A stretch of DNA of 64,000 nt from Verrucomicrobiota bacterium. GTDB lineage: Bacteria; Verrucomicrobiota; Verrucomicrobiia; Limisphaerales; SXQI01. The notes beneath the pieces were generated by a model. It made no database searches. It was not told where the DNA came from and was given only the letters and a program-made list of their open reading frames with translations. The stretch spans positions 52,320 through 116,319 of the forward strand of contig JANRLX010000093.1 in the NCBI GenBank assembly GCA_033762115.1. Reading direction: 5' to 3'. The position numbers and the translations under genes were made by a program. Positions 1 through 9,850 of the stretch are shown piece by piece. Every line of letters begins with the position of its first letter. The stretch's first letter is position 1.

Positions 1-648
1 GATATTGGCCTGACCTTTGCAATGGGTCTTCGTCATATTCTGCGCCAGGATCCTAATGTCATCATGGTCGGGGAAATTCGCGATTTGGAAACTGCGGAGA
101 TCGCCATCCGCGCTGCGCTGACCGGGCACCTTGTTTTCAGCACATTACATACGAACGACGCCCCGAGCGCCTTCACCCGCTTGATTGATATGGGGATTGA
201 ACCATTCCTGGTCGCCTCCTCTGTTGAAGCTGTTTTGGCCCAGCGCCTTGTCCGCACCATTTGTGTCCATTGCAAGGTGGAGCAGAAAGTTGAAAAGGAT
301 TATCTCCGCAGGATTGGCTTTCCACCGGATGAGATCGACACTGCGAAATTCTGGCGCGGGGCCGGTTGCGAGCAATGCCGGCAACTCGGTTACCAGGGCC
401 GTATGGGCATCTACGAATTATTATTGCTCAATGAAGCCATTCGGCCACTTATCCTCAATCGAGCGCCTGCGTCTACCATTGCCCAAAAAGCCATGGAACA
501 GGGAATGCGCACCTTGCGCACGGATGGTTGGAACAAAGTCCGCGCTGGTTTGACAACCATCGAAGAAGTCCTTCGTGTGACCCAAACGGAAGAGCACATG
601 GGCGCGCTGGTTGGAGATTCTAAATCCGAGATGTGGGTGCAAGCGTGA
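1..648 (+). CDS. gspE: Type II secretion/type IV pilus assembly ATPase (GspE/PilB family), C-terminal part; gene starts before the window
   Basis: Frame open from base 1; [15 protein letters not shown] (Walker B), [15 protein letters not shown] (His box), CxxC...CxxC tetracysteine, [19 protein letters not shown]. Confidence 0.93.
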   Translation, partial: DIGLTFAMGLRHILRQDPNVIMVGEIRDLETAEIAIRAALTGHLVFSTLHTNDAPSAFTRLIDMGIEPFLVASSVEAVLAQRLVRTICVHCKVEQKVEKDYLRRIGFPPDEIDTAKFWRGAGCEQCRQLGYQGRMGIYELLLLNEAIRPLILNRAPASTIAQKAMEQGMRTLRTDGWNKVRAGLTTIEEVLRVTQTEEHMGALVGDSKSEMWVQA

Positions 649-2021
649 AGCAAAAACGTGTTCATAGCTGCAATGTCTTCGAAAGCAGCCCTCATTCCCG
701 CAATCTCTGGCAGTTCAGTGGTGTGGAGGGCCGGGTCCGCCTGGTTAATGGCTCTGCCGGACCCTCAGAAAAGGGCATTCCAAAAAACCTGGTCACCAAG
801 GATTGGCATAATTTGATTCAACCACGGTTGAATCTCGCATGGCTCCCTGCTGAACAGGTCTTTCTGCGAGTGCTTCAACTGCCGAAAGCCGATCCCGCGG
901 AGATCGCCTCCATGCTGGAATTTCAATTGGAAAAACTCTCTCCAATTCCAGTGGGCCAGATTGTCTGGAGTTTTGAACTGCTGCCCGGAGGTGATACCAA
1001 CACACAAACGGTCCTTGCGATCATTGCTCCTCGATCCCTGGTCGAACAATTTGTAGGTGCGCTCGAAGGGGAGGGATTCAAGCCGGACCGCCTCGAACTA
1101 CCGTTGCTTTACCAGATCGTAGCCGCCCCTCCGCAGAGTGACGGTATCTGGATTTATCCGGAACCGATGGACCAAGGTAATCTTTGCCTTGTCGCATGGT
1201 GGTTCAATGGAATGTTGCAGAATCTACAGCTGGTTCACCTCCCATCGGTCGGTGACAAGGTGGCTGTGCTGCGCGAGCAATTGGATAAGACGGCCTGGGC
1301 GGGAGAAATGGAAGGCTGGCTTGAGTTCCCGGTTCGAATTCATCTGGTCGCCTCACCTGCGGTGGCTGCCATCTGGACTGAGATGCTCAAGGAGTGGGCA
1401 CAGGGTGAAATTCTTTCCTATACCCCGCTGACCAAAGATCAGGCTGCGGAATTCGCGGCACGTCGAGTGGTTGAACATGCGCCAGCGGCCAATCTTCTCC
1501 CTTCTGAGTATGGAGTCCGTTACCAGCAGGAGTTCATCGATCGTCTCTGGATGCGCGGCTTGTTTGCCATGGTTGGCCTTTACCTGATCGGAGTCGCTGT
1601 TTATATCGCGGTGCTTTACGGGTATAAATTCAAAGCCTCCCGTATCCAGACGCAGATCACTCAGATCAGCGGTAGTTATACAAATGCACTTCGTTTGCGC
1701 GAACGTGTGGAGGTTCTGCAGGAGCAGCTCAATTTGAAGTATGCAGCCCTGGATTCCTGGAAGGTTGCTTCAGAACTGCTTCCTGCCGAGTTGACTTTGA
1801 ACTGGATGGTATTTGGCCGTGGTAAATCCCTGGAGCTGCATGGTTCAGCCCCGCAGGAGCACGCCGATAAAATCACCGATTACAACGAAGCACTCAGAAA
1901 CGTCAAAGTTGAGGACCAGCCTCTCTTCAGCCTGGTCTCTCCTCCCACTTCGAATTCACGCGGCGGCGGCAACTTGAACTGGAGCTTTACCTGTTCCTTA
2001 AACCGACAGGAATTGCAATGA
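645..2021 (+). CDS. T2SS GspL / PilM-PilN-like inner-membrane platform protein
   Basis: GTG at 645 overlaps the ATPase stop (GTGA); cytoplasmic N-domain, single TM ([21 protein letters not shown]), coiled coil, C-terminal PilN-like domain (LELHGSA); lies between ATPase and secretin. Confidence 0.72.
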   Translation: MKQKRVHSCNVFESSPHSRNLWQFSGVEGRVRLVNGSAGPSEKGIPKNLVTKDWHNLIQPRLNLAWLPAEQVFLRVLQLPKADPAEIASMLEFQLEKLSPIPVGQIVWSFELLPGGDTNTQTVLAIIAPRSLVEQFVGALEGEGFKPDRLELPLLYQIVAAPPQSDGIWIYPEPMDQGNLCLVAWWFNGMLQNLQLVHLPSVGDKVAVLREQLDKTAWAGEMEGWLEFPVRIHLVASPAVAAIWTEMLKEWAQGEILSYTPLTKDQAAEFAARRVVEHAPAANLLPSEYGVRYQQEFIDRLWMRGLFAMVGLYLIGVAVYIAVLYGYKFKASRIQTQITQISGSYTNALRLRERVEVLQEQLNLKYAALDSWKVASELLPAELTLNWMVFGRGKSLELHGSAPQEHADKITDYNEALRNVKVEDQPLFSLVSPPTSNSRGGGNLNWSFTCSLNRQELQ

Positions 2022-2608
2022 CCGGCTTCCTCGACAAATTGAATCTGCGACCACAGGAGAAACGCCTGGTGGTCATTGTTGGTTTTGGCATTTTTGTTCT
2101 CCTGAACTGGTGGTTCGTTCGACCTTTTTTTGGGCAATGGAGCGTGGTCCAAAACACTATCTCCCGGGCTGAATCCACCTTGGATCGCTATCAAAAGGAA
2201 CTCGCAAATGTTCCCAAGTACGAAAAACAGGAAAAAACTCTTCAAACCAGCGGCTCAGACGTGCTGGATCAGGAACTTGCTCTGCAACGGATCGTGCAAA
2301 CACAAGCCGCGACCACAGGGGTCATGATCAACCGTTACGATCCGCGCCCCCGCTCCTTTGGTTCCAGGACCAATCAATTCTTTGAAGATCAGGTGCTCTC
2401 CATTGATTTTACCACAGGAGGCAAGGAACTTGTGGATTTTCTCGTCAATCTGGCCACTGGGAATTCGATGATTCGGGTACGCGAAATGAGCCTGAAGCCT
2501 GATCCCAGCCAAACCCGCCTGATTGGCAGCATAACTTTTATCGCCAGTTATCAAAAGAAACCTTCCGCCGCGCGTCCTGCGACCCCGGTGGCAAGCAACC
2601 GACGCTGA
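2018..2608 (+). CDS. T2SS GspM / PilO-like protein
   Basis: ATGA overlap; 'LRPQEKRLVVIVG' + TM + 'RPF' start typical of GspM, coiled coil, 'ELVDFLVNL...IRVREMSL' ferredoxin-like C-domain. Confidence 0.75.
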   Translation: MTGFLDKLNLRPQEKRLVVIVGFGIFVLLNWWFVRPFFGQWSVVQNTISRAESTLDRYQKELANVPKYEKQEKTLQTSGSDVLDQELALQRIVQTQAATTGVMINRYDPRPRSFGSRTNQFFEDQVLSIDFTTGGKELVDFLVNLATGNSMIRVREMSLKPDPSQTRLIGSITFIASYQKKPSAARPATPVASNRR

Positions 2609-2610
2609 TT

Positions 2611-5133
2611 ATGAAGCTCAAACCCATCCTTTTTGTTTTCTCTCTATTGCTGGCGACCATCCATGCCCAGACCAATGCTCCCGGCACCGTCGCACCAGTC
2701 CAGGTGCCTCCCGGCAATACGGTGGCTGCTCCTCCCGCATTGACTCCCGGTGCGGATGCAAACCGTCGTGTGATCCCTCGCCGAGGGACTCGATTGCCCG
2801 TTCCCGCAACTTCTTCTCAAAGCCTTCCAGCTCCCACCCTTCCGGTACCGGAAGCTGGGGCCAATGTGGATGCTGCGCCAGCAACAGATACCACTCTGCC
2901 AGCGCCCACTCTTCCAGTCCCTTCAACCGGGGCAAATACCGATCTGGCTGCTCCGGATGCCGCAGATCCAACTGCTGATGGCACCGATCCTGCCGTTGCT
3001 CCACAACAGCAGGTCACTGAACCGGTTGAAGCTCCAGCCGTTGTGGCTCCCCCGGTCGTGGTCGAAACTCCTGTGTTGCCCGTTCCCGCTCCTGTGACGC
3101 CTACCAACGCCGCTCCTTTCCGCAGCCGCATCACCCCTTCTTTTCCACGACTGCCCACTCCCGGGGGAACCAACCGGGTCACCCTTCCATTTCCCCCGGG
3201 TAATCCAGCCGCTCCCAACCAAAATGCGTTCAGCCAAATTTCGACCAATGCAGCCGGTGAAGCCTCGCGCCTCGAAATCGACCAAAATGATATGGTCCGT
3301 GAACGACAGCTGCAGATTTTGAACATGCCGCTGGATCAGTTTCTGAATGATTTTTATGCCCCATTGGCTCGGCGCAGTATTATTCGCGCCACCCAGATTG
3401 CCGGCGCTTCCCCGAACGTCACCTTCATCAATCAGACAGATTTAACCCGTGAGGAAGCAGTGGCTGCTTTGGAAGGGGTGCTTGCAGCAAATAATGTCGC
3501 CCTGCTGAAAATCGGCGATAAGTTTGTCAAGGCAGTCGGCACCGCCCAGGCTGAAAAGGAAGGCGCCCCTCTCACTGAAAAGCCTTCTGGCGACATCGCT
3601 CTGAATGAAGAATTCGTCACCAAAATCGTTCAACTTTCCGTCGCCAAGCCCAGCGAGATTCAACCAACCCTCGCCACTTTCAGTAAAAGTCCCGGCGCGG
3701 TCACGGCGATCGATAGTAATAATACACTGATTCTTCGGGATTACGCCTCCAACGTAAAGCGGATGATGGATATCATCCAGCGAGTTGATGTGCAGCCACA
3801 GACAGATATGCGATTGGAAGTGATTCCGATCAAGTATGGAAAGGTCGAGGACATCTATGCCACGATGAGTGCCTTGATTTCGGATACTGGCGCGGCGGGC
3901 GGGGTTGGTGGCATCCGCAATCCTACTTTTCCTGCGACCGGAAATAACGCGTTCCGCTCAGGCGTCGGCAATAATAATTTTAATCGAGGTGGATTCAACC
4001 AGCAGAATCGCAATACCGGTTTTGGAGGAGGAAATTATTATCCGCAACAGGCCGCAGCCCCGGTCACTGCCAACCAGAATTCATTTCAAAGTCGTCTGAA
4101 CAATGTGATCAATCGTGCGGCAGGTGTCCCCCCCGAAGCCAAGGTTTTGGAAAATGCAAAAATTGTTCCCGACACCCGCTCGAATACCTTGCTCATTTTT
4201 GCCAACAATCGTGATATGTCCATGATCACAAACCTCGTGCAAAAGGTTGATGTGCTGCTAGCCCAGGTCTTGCTGGAGGCGGTGATTCTCGAAGTGAAAC
4301 TGGGGGATAAATATCGTCTTGGGGTTAGTGCTGTCCAGAATCCAAAGAAATTCGGCCAGGATTTCACGGGCGCAGGCGTTATCAACAACGGGCAGCCATT
4401 CCTGAATAATTTGACCAACTTCCCCGGCGCCGCTCCAGATGGGTTCACCTATTTTGGAAAAATCAATGATACCTTCGATGTCACCGTCAATGCCCTGGCT
4501 GAAGATAGTAATATCAATATCGTTTCACGCCCCCGAATTCAAACGTCCCATGCCATTCCTGGCTTCTTCTTCATTGGTGAAACGGTTCCGTACATCACCG
4601 GCTTTACAGATTACGGCGGATTAACCGGCAGCGGCCTTTCAACTCGTTCCTCCATTACTGAAAGAACAATCGGGCTCAACCTGGCGGTCACCCCCTTTAT
4701 CACTCCGGATGGGCTGGTTGTGATGGAAATTTCTCAACAATTTGATCAACGGGGACAGGACGTTATCATTGAAAACAATCCTGTTCCCCTCGTGAACAGC
4801 CGCCAGGCGGAGGCGACCCTGACCGTCCGTGATGGGGACATGATCATGCTGGGCGGATTTATCAGTGAGAATAAAAGCAAAAACAAATCCGGTGTTCCCT
4901 TCCTGAAAGATATTCCAGGCATCGGGGCTCTTTTCCGTTCGAAGAATACTTCCAATGATCGGACTGAACTGATCATTCTGATGAAAGCCACTGTCCTGCA
5001 AACGCCTGAAGATGCAGCCCTGATTGCAAGGTCAGAACGTGCCCAACTGCCGGGCGTTGCCGCAGCGGAACAGGAATTTGACCGCAGCCAGGAAAAGTAT
5101 AAAAAGCAGCTGAAGTCAGGAAACAGGAAATAA
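2611..5133 (+). CDS. gspD: Type II secretion system secretin (GspD family) with long Pro-rich N-terminal extension
   Basis: Signal peptide; N-domains (IDSNNTLILRD, VPDTRSNTLLI), QVLLEAVILEV, IGETVPY, LAVTPFIT, SGVPFLKDIPGIGALFRS...RTELIILMKATV secretin signature. Confidence 0.93.
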   Translation: MKLKPILFVFSLLLATIHAQTNAPGTVAPVQVPPGNTVAAPPALTPGADANRRVIPRRGTRLPVPATSSQSLPAPTLPVPEAGANVDAAPATDTTLPAPTLPVPSTGANTDLAAPDAADPTADGTDPAVAPQQQVTEPVEAPAVVAPPVVVETPVLPVPAPVTPTNAAPFRSRITPSFPRLPTPGGTNRVTLPFPPGNPAAPNQNAFSQISTNAAGEASRLEIDQNDMVRERQLQILNMPLDQFLNDFYAPLARRSIIRATQIAGASPNVTFINQTDLTREEAVAALEGVLAANNVALLKIGDKFVKAVGTAQAEKEGAPLTEKPSGDIALNEEFVTKIVQLSVAKPSEIQPTLATFSKSPGAVTAIDSNNTLILRDYASNVKRMMDIIQRVDVQPQTDMRLEVIPIKYGKVEDIYATMSALISDTGAAGGVGGIRNPTFPATGNNAFRSGVGNNNFNRGGFNQQNRNTGFGGGNYYPQQAAAPVTANQNSFQSRLNNVINRAAGVPPEAKVLENAKIVPDTRSNTLLIFANNRDMSMITNLVQKVDVLLAQVLLEAVILEVKLGDKYRLGVSAVQNPKKFGQDFTGAGVINNGQPFLNNLTNFPGAAPDGFTYFGKINDTFDVTVNALAEDSNINIVSRPRIQTSHAIPGFFFIGETVPYITGFTDYGGLTGSGLSTRSSITERTIGLNLAVTPFITPDGLVVMEISQQFDQRGQDVIIENNPVPLVNSRQAEATLTVRDGDMIMLGGFISENKSKNKSGVPFLKDIPGIGALFRSKNTSNDRTELIILMKATVLQTPEDAALIARSERAQLPGVAAAEQEFDRSQEKYKKQLKSGNRK
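2824..2955 (+). repeat. Imperfect tandem coding duplication (72-nt period) in the secretin linker
   Basis: LPAPTLPVPEAGANVDAAP at 2824 and LPAPTLPVPSTGANTDLAAP at 2896. Confidence 0.8.
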
Positions 5134-5185
5134 TCACCTGGGCTGGAGAGTTGTTGAACAACCTGAAATGTGGAAGGATAAATCC

Positions 5186-5782
5186 ATGAACCTGAAAATG
5201 AGAAATGTTTCCATCCTGGTTATTGTTGCCACATGCCTTATTGTGGCCTTCGCCAAAGAGACAAATCAGGTCAGCAAATCATCACAGACCCCCGCTATGA
5301 ACACAGCAAAGTCCGTCCCGGTCAGGCTCCTTGGTGCTGACGGCAAGGCCACTGAAGTCCAGTTAGTGGACAAAGTCGTGAAAAGCGATTCCGAATGGCG
5401 GAAGCAATTGACTGCCGAGCAGTACCAGATTGCCCGCGGAAAAGGAACGGAGCGCGCTTTTTGCGGGGCTTTTTATGACCACAAAAAACCGGGCATTTAC
5501 ACCTGCATTTGTTGTGAATTGCCCCTTTTTGAATCCACCGCCAAATTCGATTCAGGGACCGGTTGGCCCAGTTTCTTCAAACCTTTTGCCAGCGAGAATG
5601 TCACCACTCTCCCAGATAACAGCCATGGAATGAGGCGTGTTGAAATTCTTTGCGCACGTTGCGACGCACATCTCGGTCATGTTTTTGAAGATGGCCCAAA
5701 GCCCACCGGGTTGCGCTACTGCCTCAATTCCGCTTCGCTCGAATTCAGGCCTTCGGAAAAGACTGAAGCCGCCAGCAAATAA
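5186..5782 (+). CDS. msrB: Peptide-methionine (R)-S-oxide reductase MsrB with N-terminal signal/anchor
   Basis: GTERAF, CICC...CARC zinc ligands, KFDSGTGWPSF, HLGHVFEDGPKPTGLRYCLNS; hydrophobic N-terminus; GGAAGGA before ATG 5186. Confidence 0.95.
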   Translation: MNLKMRNVSILVIVATCLIVAFAKETNQVSKSSQTPAMNTAKSVPVRLLGADGKATEVQLVDKVVKSDSEWRKQLTAEQYQIARGKGTERAFCGAFYDHKKPGIYTCICCELPLFESTAKFDSGTGWPSFFKPFASENVTTLPDNSHGMRRVEILCARCDAHLGHVFEDGPKPTGLRYCLNSASLEFRPSEKTEAASK

Positions 5783-5818
5783 ACCGGCTCAGGATTCGAG
5801 AGATCAGGCCGGAAGAAA

Positions 5819-5904
<86 letters not shown>

Positions 5905-5949
5905 CACCGAGAAACCGTTTCAAGCCCTCGGCCCGAATTGGAGCATGGA

Positions 5950-5978
5950 CAATTAAGCCAATCGCCCTGCCTTGTCAA
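5950..5978 (-). promoter_or_regulatory. Candidate sigma70 promoter of tRNA-Tyr
   Basis: Perfect TTGACA (5978-5973) followed 16-17 nt later by AT-rich TTAATTG; the -10 match is weak. Confidence 0.45.
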
Positions 5979-6145
5979 CGGATGCTTTCCGCATTTGGGC
6001 TGCTTGATTCAGGGCAAGGCGACCATGCTCAAGGAGCATCGATTGGTTGTTCCATCCACGATTCTTCAAGAGAAAATTCCTGTTTGCTTCCCAGGTGGCT
6101 TTTACGAAAGATTGGCACTGCTCTTGAAATGGTTGTTGTTCCGTT

Positions 6146-6598
6146 ATGGCGGAGGAATCCCAGGTAGCGGCCATCGCTCATGTCATCCAGTTGTCTGTAG
6201 CGCCGGTCTTTTTGCTGGCCGCAGTCAGCGGATTGCTGTCTGTGTTGACGAATCGGCTGGGGAGGATAATCGACCGTTCCCGTGTCATTGAGGAGAAATT
6301 GTCGTTGGGGGCAATAAAGGAGGGAGAGAACCAAACAGAGCGACTGGAAATCTTTTCCCGTCGTGCTCGACTGGTCAATTATTCCATCGGCCTTTGTACC
6401 GCGTGTGCCTCGATGGTTTGTCTTGTGATCATTTCTCTTTTTGCAGGTGTGTTCTTCGAAGTGAATTATTCAAAAATGATCGGACTTCTCTTTATCGCAG
6501 CCATGTCTTCCCTGTTTGCGGCCTTGATTTTCTTTCTACGCGAAATCCTCCTGGCCACGCAGACATTGCGCATTGGAATGTTGCGGAAGAGAGTTTAA
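6146..6598 (+). CDS. DUF2721-like small membrane protein
   Basis: IQLSVAPVFLL...LTNRLGRIIDRSR...FLREI pattern; 3 hydrophobic segments. Confidence 0.8.
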   Translation: MAEESQVAAIAHVIQLSVAPVFLLAAVSGLLSVLTNRLGRIIDRSRVIEEKLSLGAIKEGENQTERLEIFSRRARLVNYSIGLCTACASMVCLVIISLFAGVFFEVNYSKMIGLLFIAAMSSLFAALIFFLREILLATQTLRIGMLRKRV

Positions 6599-6672
6599 GG
6601 GAACCTCGCGATTAGGTTATATTTCCAGCATTAACCTGTTGGCTTACGGCTGAAGCATGGCATCATATCAAA

Positions 6673-9012
6673 GTGTTCAGTGGTAGCTTCAGCTTTGCGG
6701 CCCGGGATTGGATTCTCCCCGCTTCAGTGGCAGCGATCCTGATTTTGTTTCTTTCAGCAGTGACCTACTGGCGAGTCACAGGCCCTTTTTGGGTTAAGGT
6801 AACCTGCTATTTTTTTCGCGCTTTGGGTGTTTTGATCCTTACCTTTTGCCTGCTGGAACCCACCATCAACAGTTCCAGGCCCAAGCCAGGCTCAAACCAT
6901 TTTGCCATTCTGGTGGACACGAGCGAGGGAATGCGGATTGCCGACAATGGACAACCGCGCTCGAATGTGGTGCGCAACACTTTATTGACCGATTCTGCGT
7001 GGCTGAAGGAATTGGAACAGACCTTCCAGTTGCAGCCTTTCTCTTTTGATGTGCGCCTTCAGCCTGCGCGCGATTGGAACGAGTTGATGTTTGATGGACG
7101 CGCCACCGCGATGGGAAATGCCCTTAAAAGCCTCGCGCAACGGAGCAAGGGCCAACCCCTTGCCGGAGTGCTTTTGCTGACAGATGGAAATGCCACAGAT
7201 ATTTCCGGCGAGTTGCCGGATTTTGCAGGATTGCCGCCGGTTTATCCTGTGTTGATTGGGGATGAAAGCGCGCTCAATGATCTTTCACTACTTGAAACAA
7301 GCGTCAGCCAAACTGCATTTGAAGATGCGCCGGTCACGATCCAGGCAAATGTGAAAGCAGCGGGTCTTTCCGGCAAAAGTGCAATCGTGCGATTGATCGA
7401 ACTCGGTTCCGGCAGTAGTTCAAACAAGGTTGTGGCCGAGGAGAAGCGGACAATCAAAAGCAACGACGAATCGCTGACCTTTCGTTTTTTAGCCCGGCCA
7501 TTGAAAACAGGGCTGGTTTTTTATCGTGTGGAAACCATGCTCGAGGGAACGGAGGCCTCGGAAGCTACATTGGTGAATAACAGTCGGAGTGTGGTCGTGG
7601 ACCGTGGCAGCGGTGAGCATCGAGTGCTTTACTTGAGTGGGCGTCCCAATTGGGAATATAAGTTTTTGAGCCGGGCTTTGTCTGATGATGATAAAATTCA
7701 TTTAGTAGGCTTGATTCGGATTGCACGTCGTGAACCGAAATTTGCTTTCAAAGGCCGTGCGGGCGAATCGAGCAACCCGCTTTTCCGTGGATTTGATCGG
7801 CAGGATGAAGAGACAGCACGGTACGATCAACCAGTTTTGATTCGCATGAACACTCGCGATGCGGATGAATTGCGTGGAGGGTTCCCGAAACTTCCCGAAG
7901 ATTTGTTTCAGTACAAAGCGGTAATCCTGGATGATGTCGAAGCCGGGTTCTTCACTGCGGACCAGCAGCAACTTCTGCAACGATTTGTCAGTGACCGTGG
8001 TGGCGGACTATTGATGCTGGGGGGGCCTGATTCACTTCAACTCGGCAAGTACCATCGCACGCCGATTGGTGATATGCTTCCGATCTATTTGCATAGTGAA
8101 GAAAATATGGTCCCTTCCTCCGAGTTGCGCCTTGCCTTGACCCGGGAGGGGTGGCTCCAGCCATGGTTGCGATTGCGGGACAACCAGAACGATGAGAGGA
8201 CCAGGCTCGAAACCAGTGCGCCGTTCGAAATAGTGAACACCGTCGAAAGAATCAAACCGGGAGCGCTTGTCCTTGCCAATGCAGTCGATGCGTCAAATCG
8301 GTCCTATCCAGCGCTGGCAGTGCAGCGGTTTGGAGCGGGGCGCACAGCCGCGCTGGCGATCGGGGATTTTTGGCGTTTGGGTTTTGGGGAAGAACAGGCC
8401 CAGGCGGACCTTGGCAAGGCCTGGAGGCAGATGGCTCGGTGGATGGTGGCGGATGTTCCTGAGCAGATTGCCGTTGAAGCGGTACCTTCGAACGAAGCGC
8501 CTGGCGCGATGACGCTTCGGGTGCGGGCCCGGAACAAAGCCTACGAACCAGTTGAGAGTGCCACGATCAACCTGCGTGTTGAGCAGGTTTTTCCTCCCTC
8601 CACCAACTCGCTTCAATTAAGCGCGGAACCAACCCAGGAGGATCCTGATCTTTTTGCCAGCCAGTTCATTTCGCGAGACAATGGATCGTTCAAGGTCACC
8701 GCCCAGGTCAATGATTCCAACGGGGCCCTGATCGGCGAAGCTGCGGCAGGCTGGGCAACCGATCTCGCCGCGGAGGAGTTTCGCTCATTACAACCTAACA
8801 AGGCATTGCTGGAATCCATCGCCCGAAAAACTGGTGGGGAGTTGCTGCGTGTTCCCGATTTACCCAGATTCGTAAAAAAACTGGAAAACAGCAAAGCTCC
8901 CATTGTCGAAAGCTATACCATTGCTGCCTGGCACAATCCCCTGGTTTTCATTCTCGCGCTGGCCTGTTTCGTTGCGGAATGGGGTTTGCGCCGATTTAAA
9001 GGAATGTCGTAG
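6673..9012 (+). CDS. Membrane-anchored protein with vWA-like and glutamine-amidotransferase-like (GATase1-like) domains
   Basis: Two N-terminal TMs, ILVDTSEGM / LLLTDG vWA-like motifs, RPNWEYKFL, FVSDRGGGLLMLGG, C-terminal TM ending EWGLRRFKG. Confidence 0.75.
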   Translation: MFSGSFSFAARDWILPASVAAILILFLSAVTYWRVTGPFWVKVTCYFFRALGVLILTFCLLEPTINSSRPKPGSNHFAILVDTSEGMRIADNGQPRSNVVRNTLLTDSAWLKELEQTFQLQPFSFDVRLQPARDWNELMFDGRATAMGNALKSLAQRSKGQPLAGVLLLTDGNATDISGELPDFAGLPPVYPVLIGDESALNDLSLLETSVSQTAFEDAPVTIQANVKAAGLSGKSAIVRLIELGSGSSSNKVVAEEKRTIKSNDESLTFRFLARPLKTGLVFYRVETMLEGTEASEATLVNNSRSVVVDRGSGEHRVLYLSGRPNWEYKFLSRALSDDDKIHLVGLIRIARREPKFAFKGRAGESSNPLFRGFDRQDEETARYDQPVLIRMNTRDADELRGGFPKLPEDLFQYKAVILDDVEAGFFTADQQQLLQRFVSDRGGGLLMLGGPDSLQLGKYHRTPIGDMLPIYLHSEENMVPSSELRLALTREGWLQPWLRLRDNQNDERTRLETSAPFEIVNTVERIKPGALVLANAVDASNRSYPALAVQRFGAGRTAALAIGDFWRLGFGEEQAQADLGKAWRQMARWMVADVPEQIAVEAVPSNEAPGAMTLRVRARNKAYEPVESATINLRVEQVFPPSTNSLQLSAEPTQEDPDLFASQFISRDNGSFKVTAQVNDSNGALIGEAAAGWATDLAAEEFRSLQPNKALLESIARKTGGELLRVPDLPRFVKKLENSKAPIVESYTIAAWHNPLVFILALACFVAEWGLRRFKGMS

Positions 9013-9017
9013 AGGCA

Positions 9018-9046
9018 TTTACCTCCGGGCCATTCTTTGGCATGTT
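9018..9046 (+). promoter_or_regulatory. Candidate promoter for a leaderless RluA-family mRNA
   Basis: TTTACC-17 nt-CATGTT with upstream TGG, 6 nt before GTG 9053. Confidence 0.45.
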
Positions 9047-9052
9047 CACGCA

Positions 9053-9850
9053 GTGGAGCCGCTGATTAAACTTTCTTCCCCAGCAACAAAGGAATTTTGG
9101 AAAATCCCAATTCTGTTTGAGGACGAAACTCTCCTCGCCATCGACAAACCGGCCTGTCTGCTTGTTTCTCCGGATCGGTATGATCCGGAACGGCCCAATA
9201 TCATGAAGCTGCTCCACGCAGATATTGCGCGAAACGCTGAATGGTCACGCTTACGGAAAATCAGCTACCTTGCAAATGTGCATAGGCTTGATTTCGAAAC
9301 CAGCGGAGTGCTTCTGCTGGTGAAGGCCAAACCTGCTTTGATTCACCTTGCAGACCAGTTCGGATCAGAAAAACCGCATAAGAGATATGTCACGCTGGTC
9401 CAGGGGCATCCCCCGGAGGAGATGTTCGAGGTGGACGCAAAAATTGCAATGCACCCAATCAAGGTGGGCTTGATGCGGGTTGATCCCAAGCAGGGGAAAC
9501 GTTCCCGCACGAAATTTGAAACGGTGGAACATTTTAAATCCTACACCTTTTTAAACGCTTTTCCTGAAACAGGGCGGACGCATCAGATCCGGGTGCATGC
9601 AAAACATGCAGGTGTACCGATTGTTGGCGATGAACTTTATGGAGGCGCACCGCTGCTGCTTTCAAATCTTAAAAAAAATTACAGTTTTAAACGTGGGGAA
9701 GAGGAGCGGCCCTTAATGGGAAGGGTGGCTCTTCATGCAGAATCGCTCACCATCACTCATCCGGTAACCGGTTCGGAGATTACCATTGATGCTCCAATGC
9801 CAAAGGATCTGGAAGTTTCGATCAAGTACCTCAGAAAATTTGCGCAATAA
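9053..9850 (+). CDS. RluA-family RNA pseudouridine synthase
   Basis: IDKPA, VHRLDFETSG (catalytic Asp), TGRTHQIRVH, PIVGDELYG, ALHA. Start moved to GTG 9053 to avoid overlap. Confidence 0.93.
   Translation: MEPLIKLSSPATKEFWKIPILFEDETLLAIDKPACLLVSPDRYDPERPNIMKLLHADIARNAEWSRLRKISYLANVHRLDFETSGVLLLVKAKPALIHLADQFGSEKPHKRYVTLVQGHPPEEMFEVDAKIAMHPIKVGLMRVDPKQGKRSRTKFETVEHFKSYTFLNAFPETGRTHQIRVHAKHAGVPIVGDELYGGAPLLLSNLKKNYSFKRGEEERPLMGRVALHAESLTITHPVTGSEITIDAPMPKDLEVSIKYLRKFAQ

Noticed and set aside
6113..6128. Sigma54-like TGGCAC-N5-TTGA upstream of the DUF2721-like gene
   Set aside because: The conserved -12 GC is GA, so support is insufficient.
5938..6334. Small ORFs between the tRNA and the DUF2721-like gene
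   Set aside because: Overlap promoters and the real gene; no coding features.
8903..9052. RluA start at 8903 overlapping the upstream gene
   Set aside because: Extension has no family features; GTG 9053 fits a promoter.
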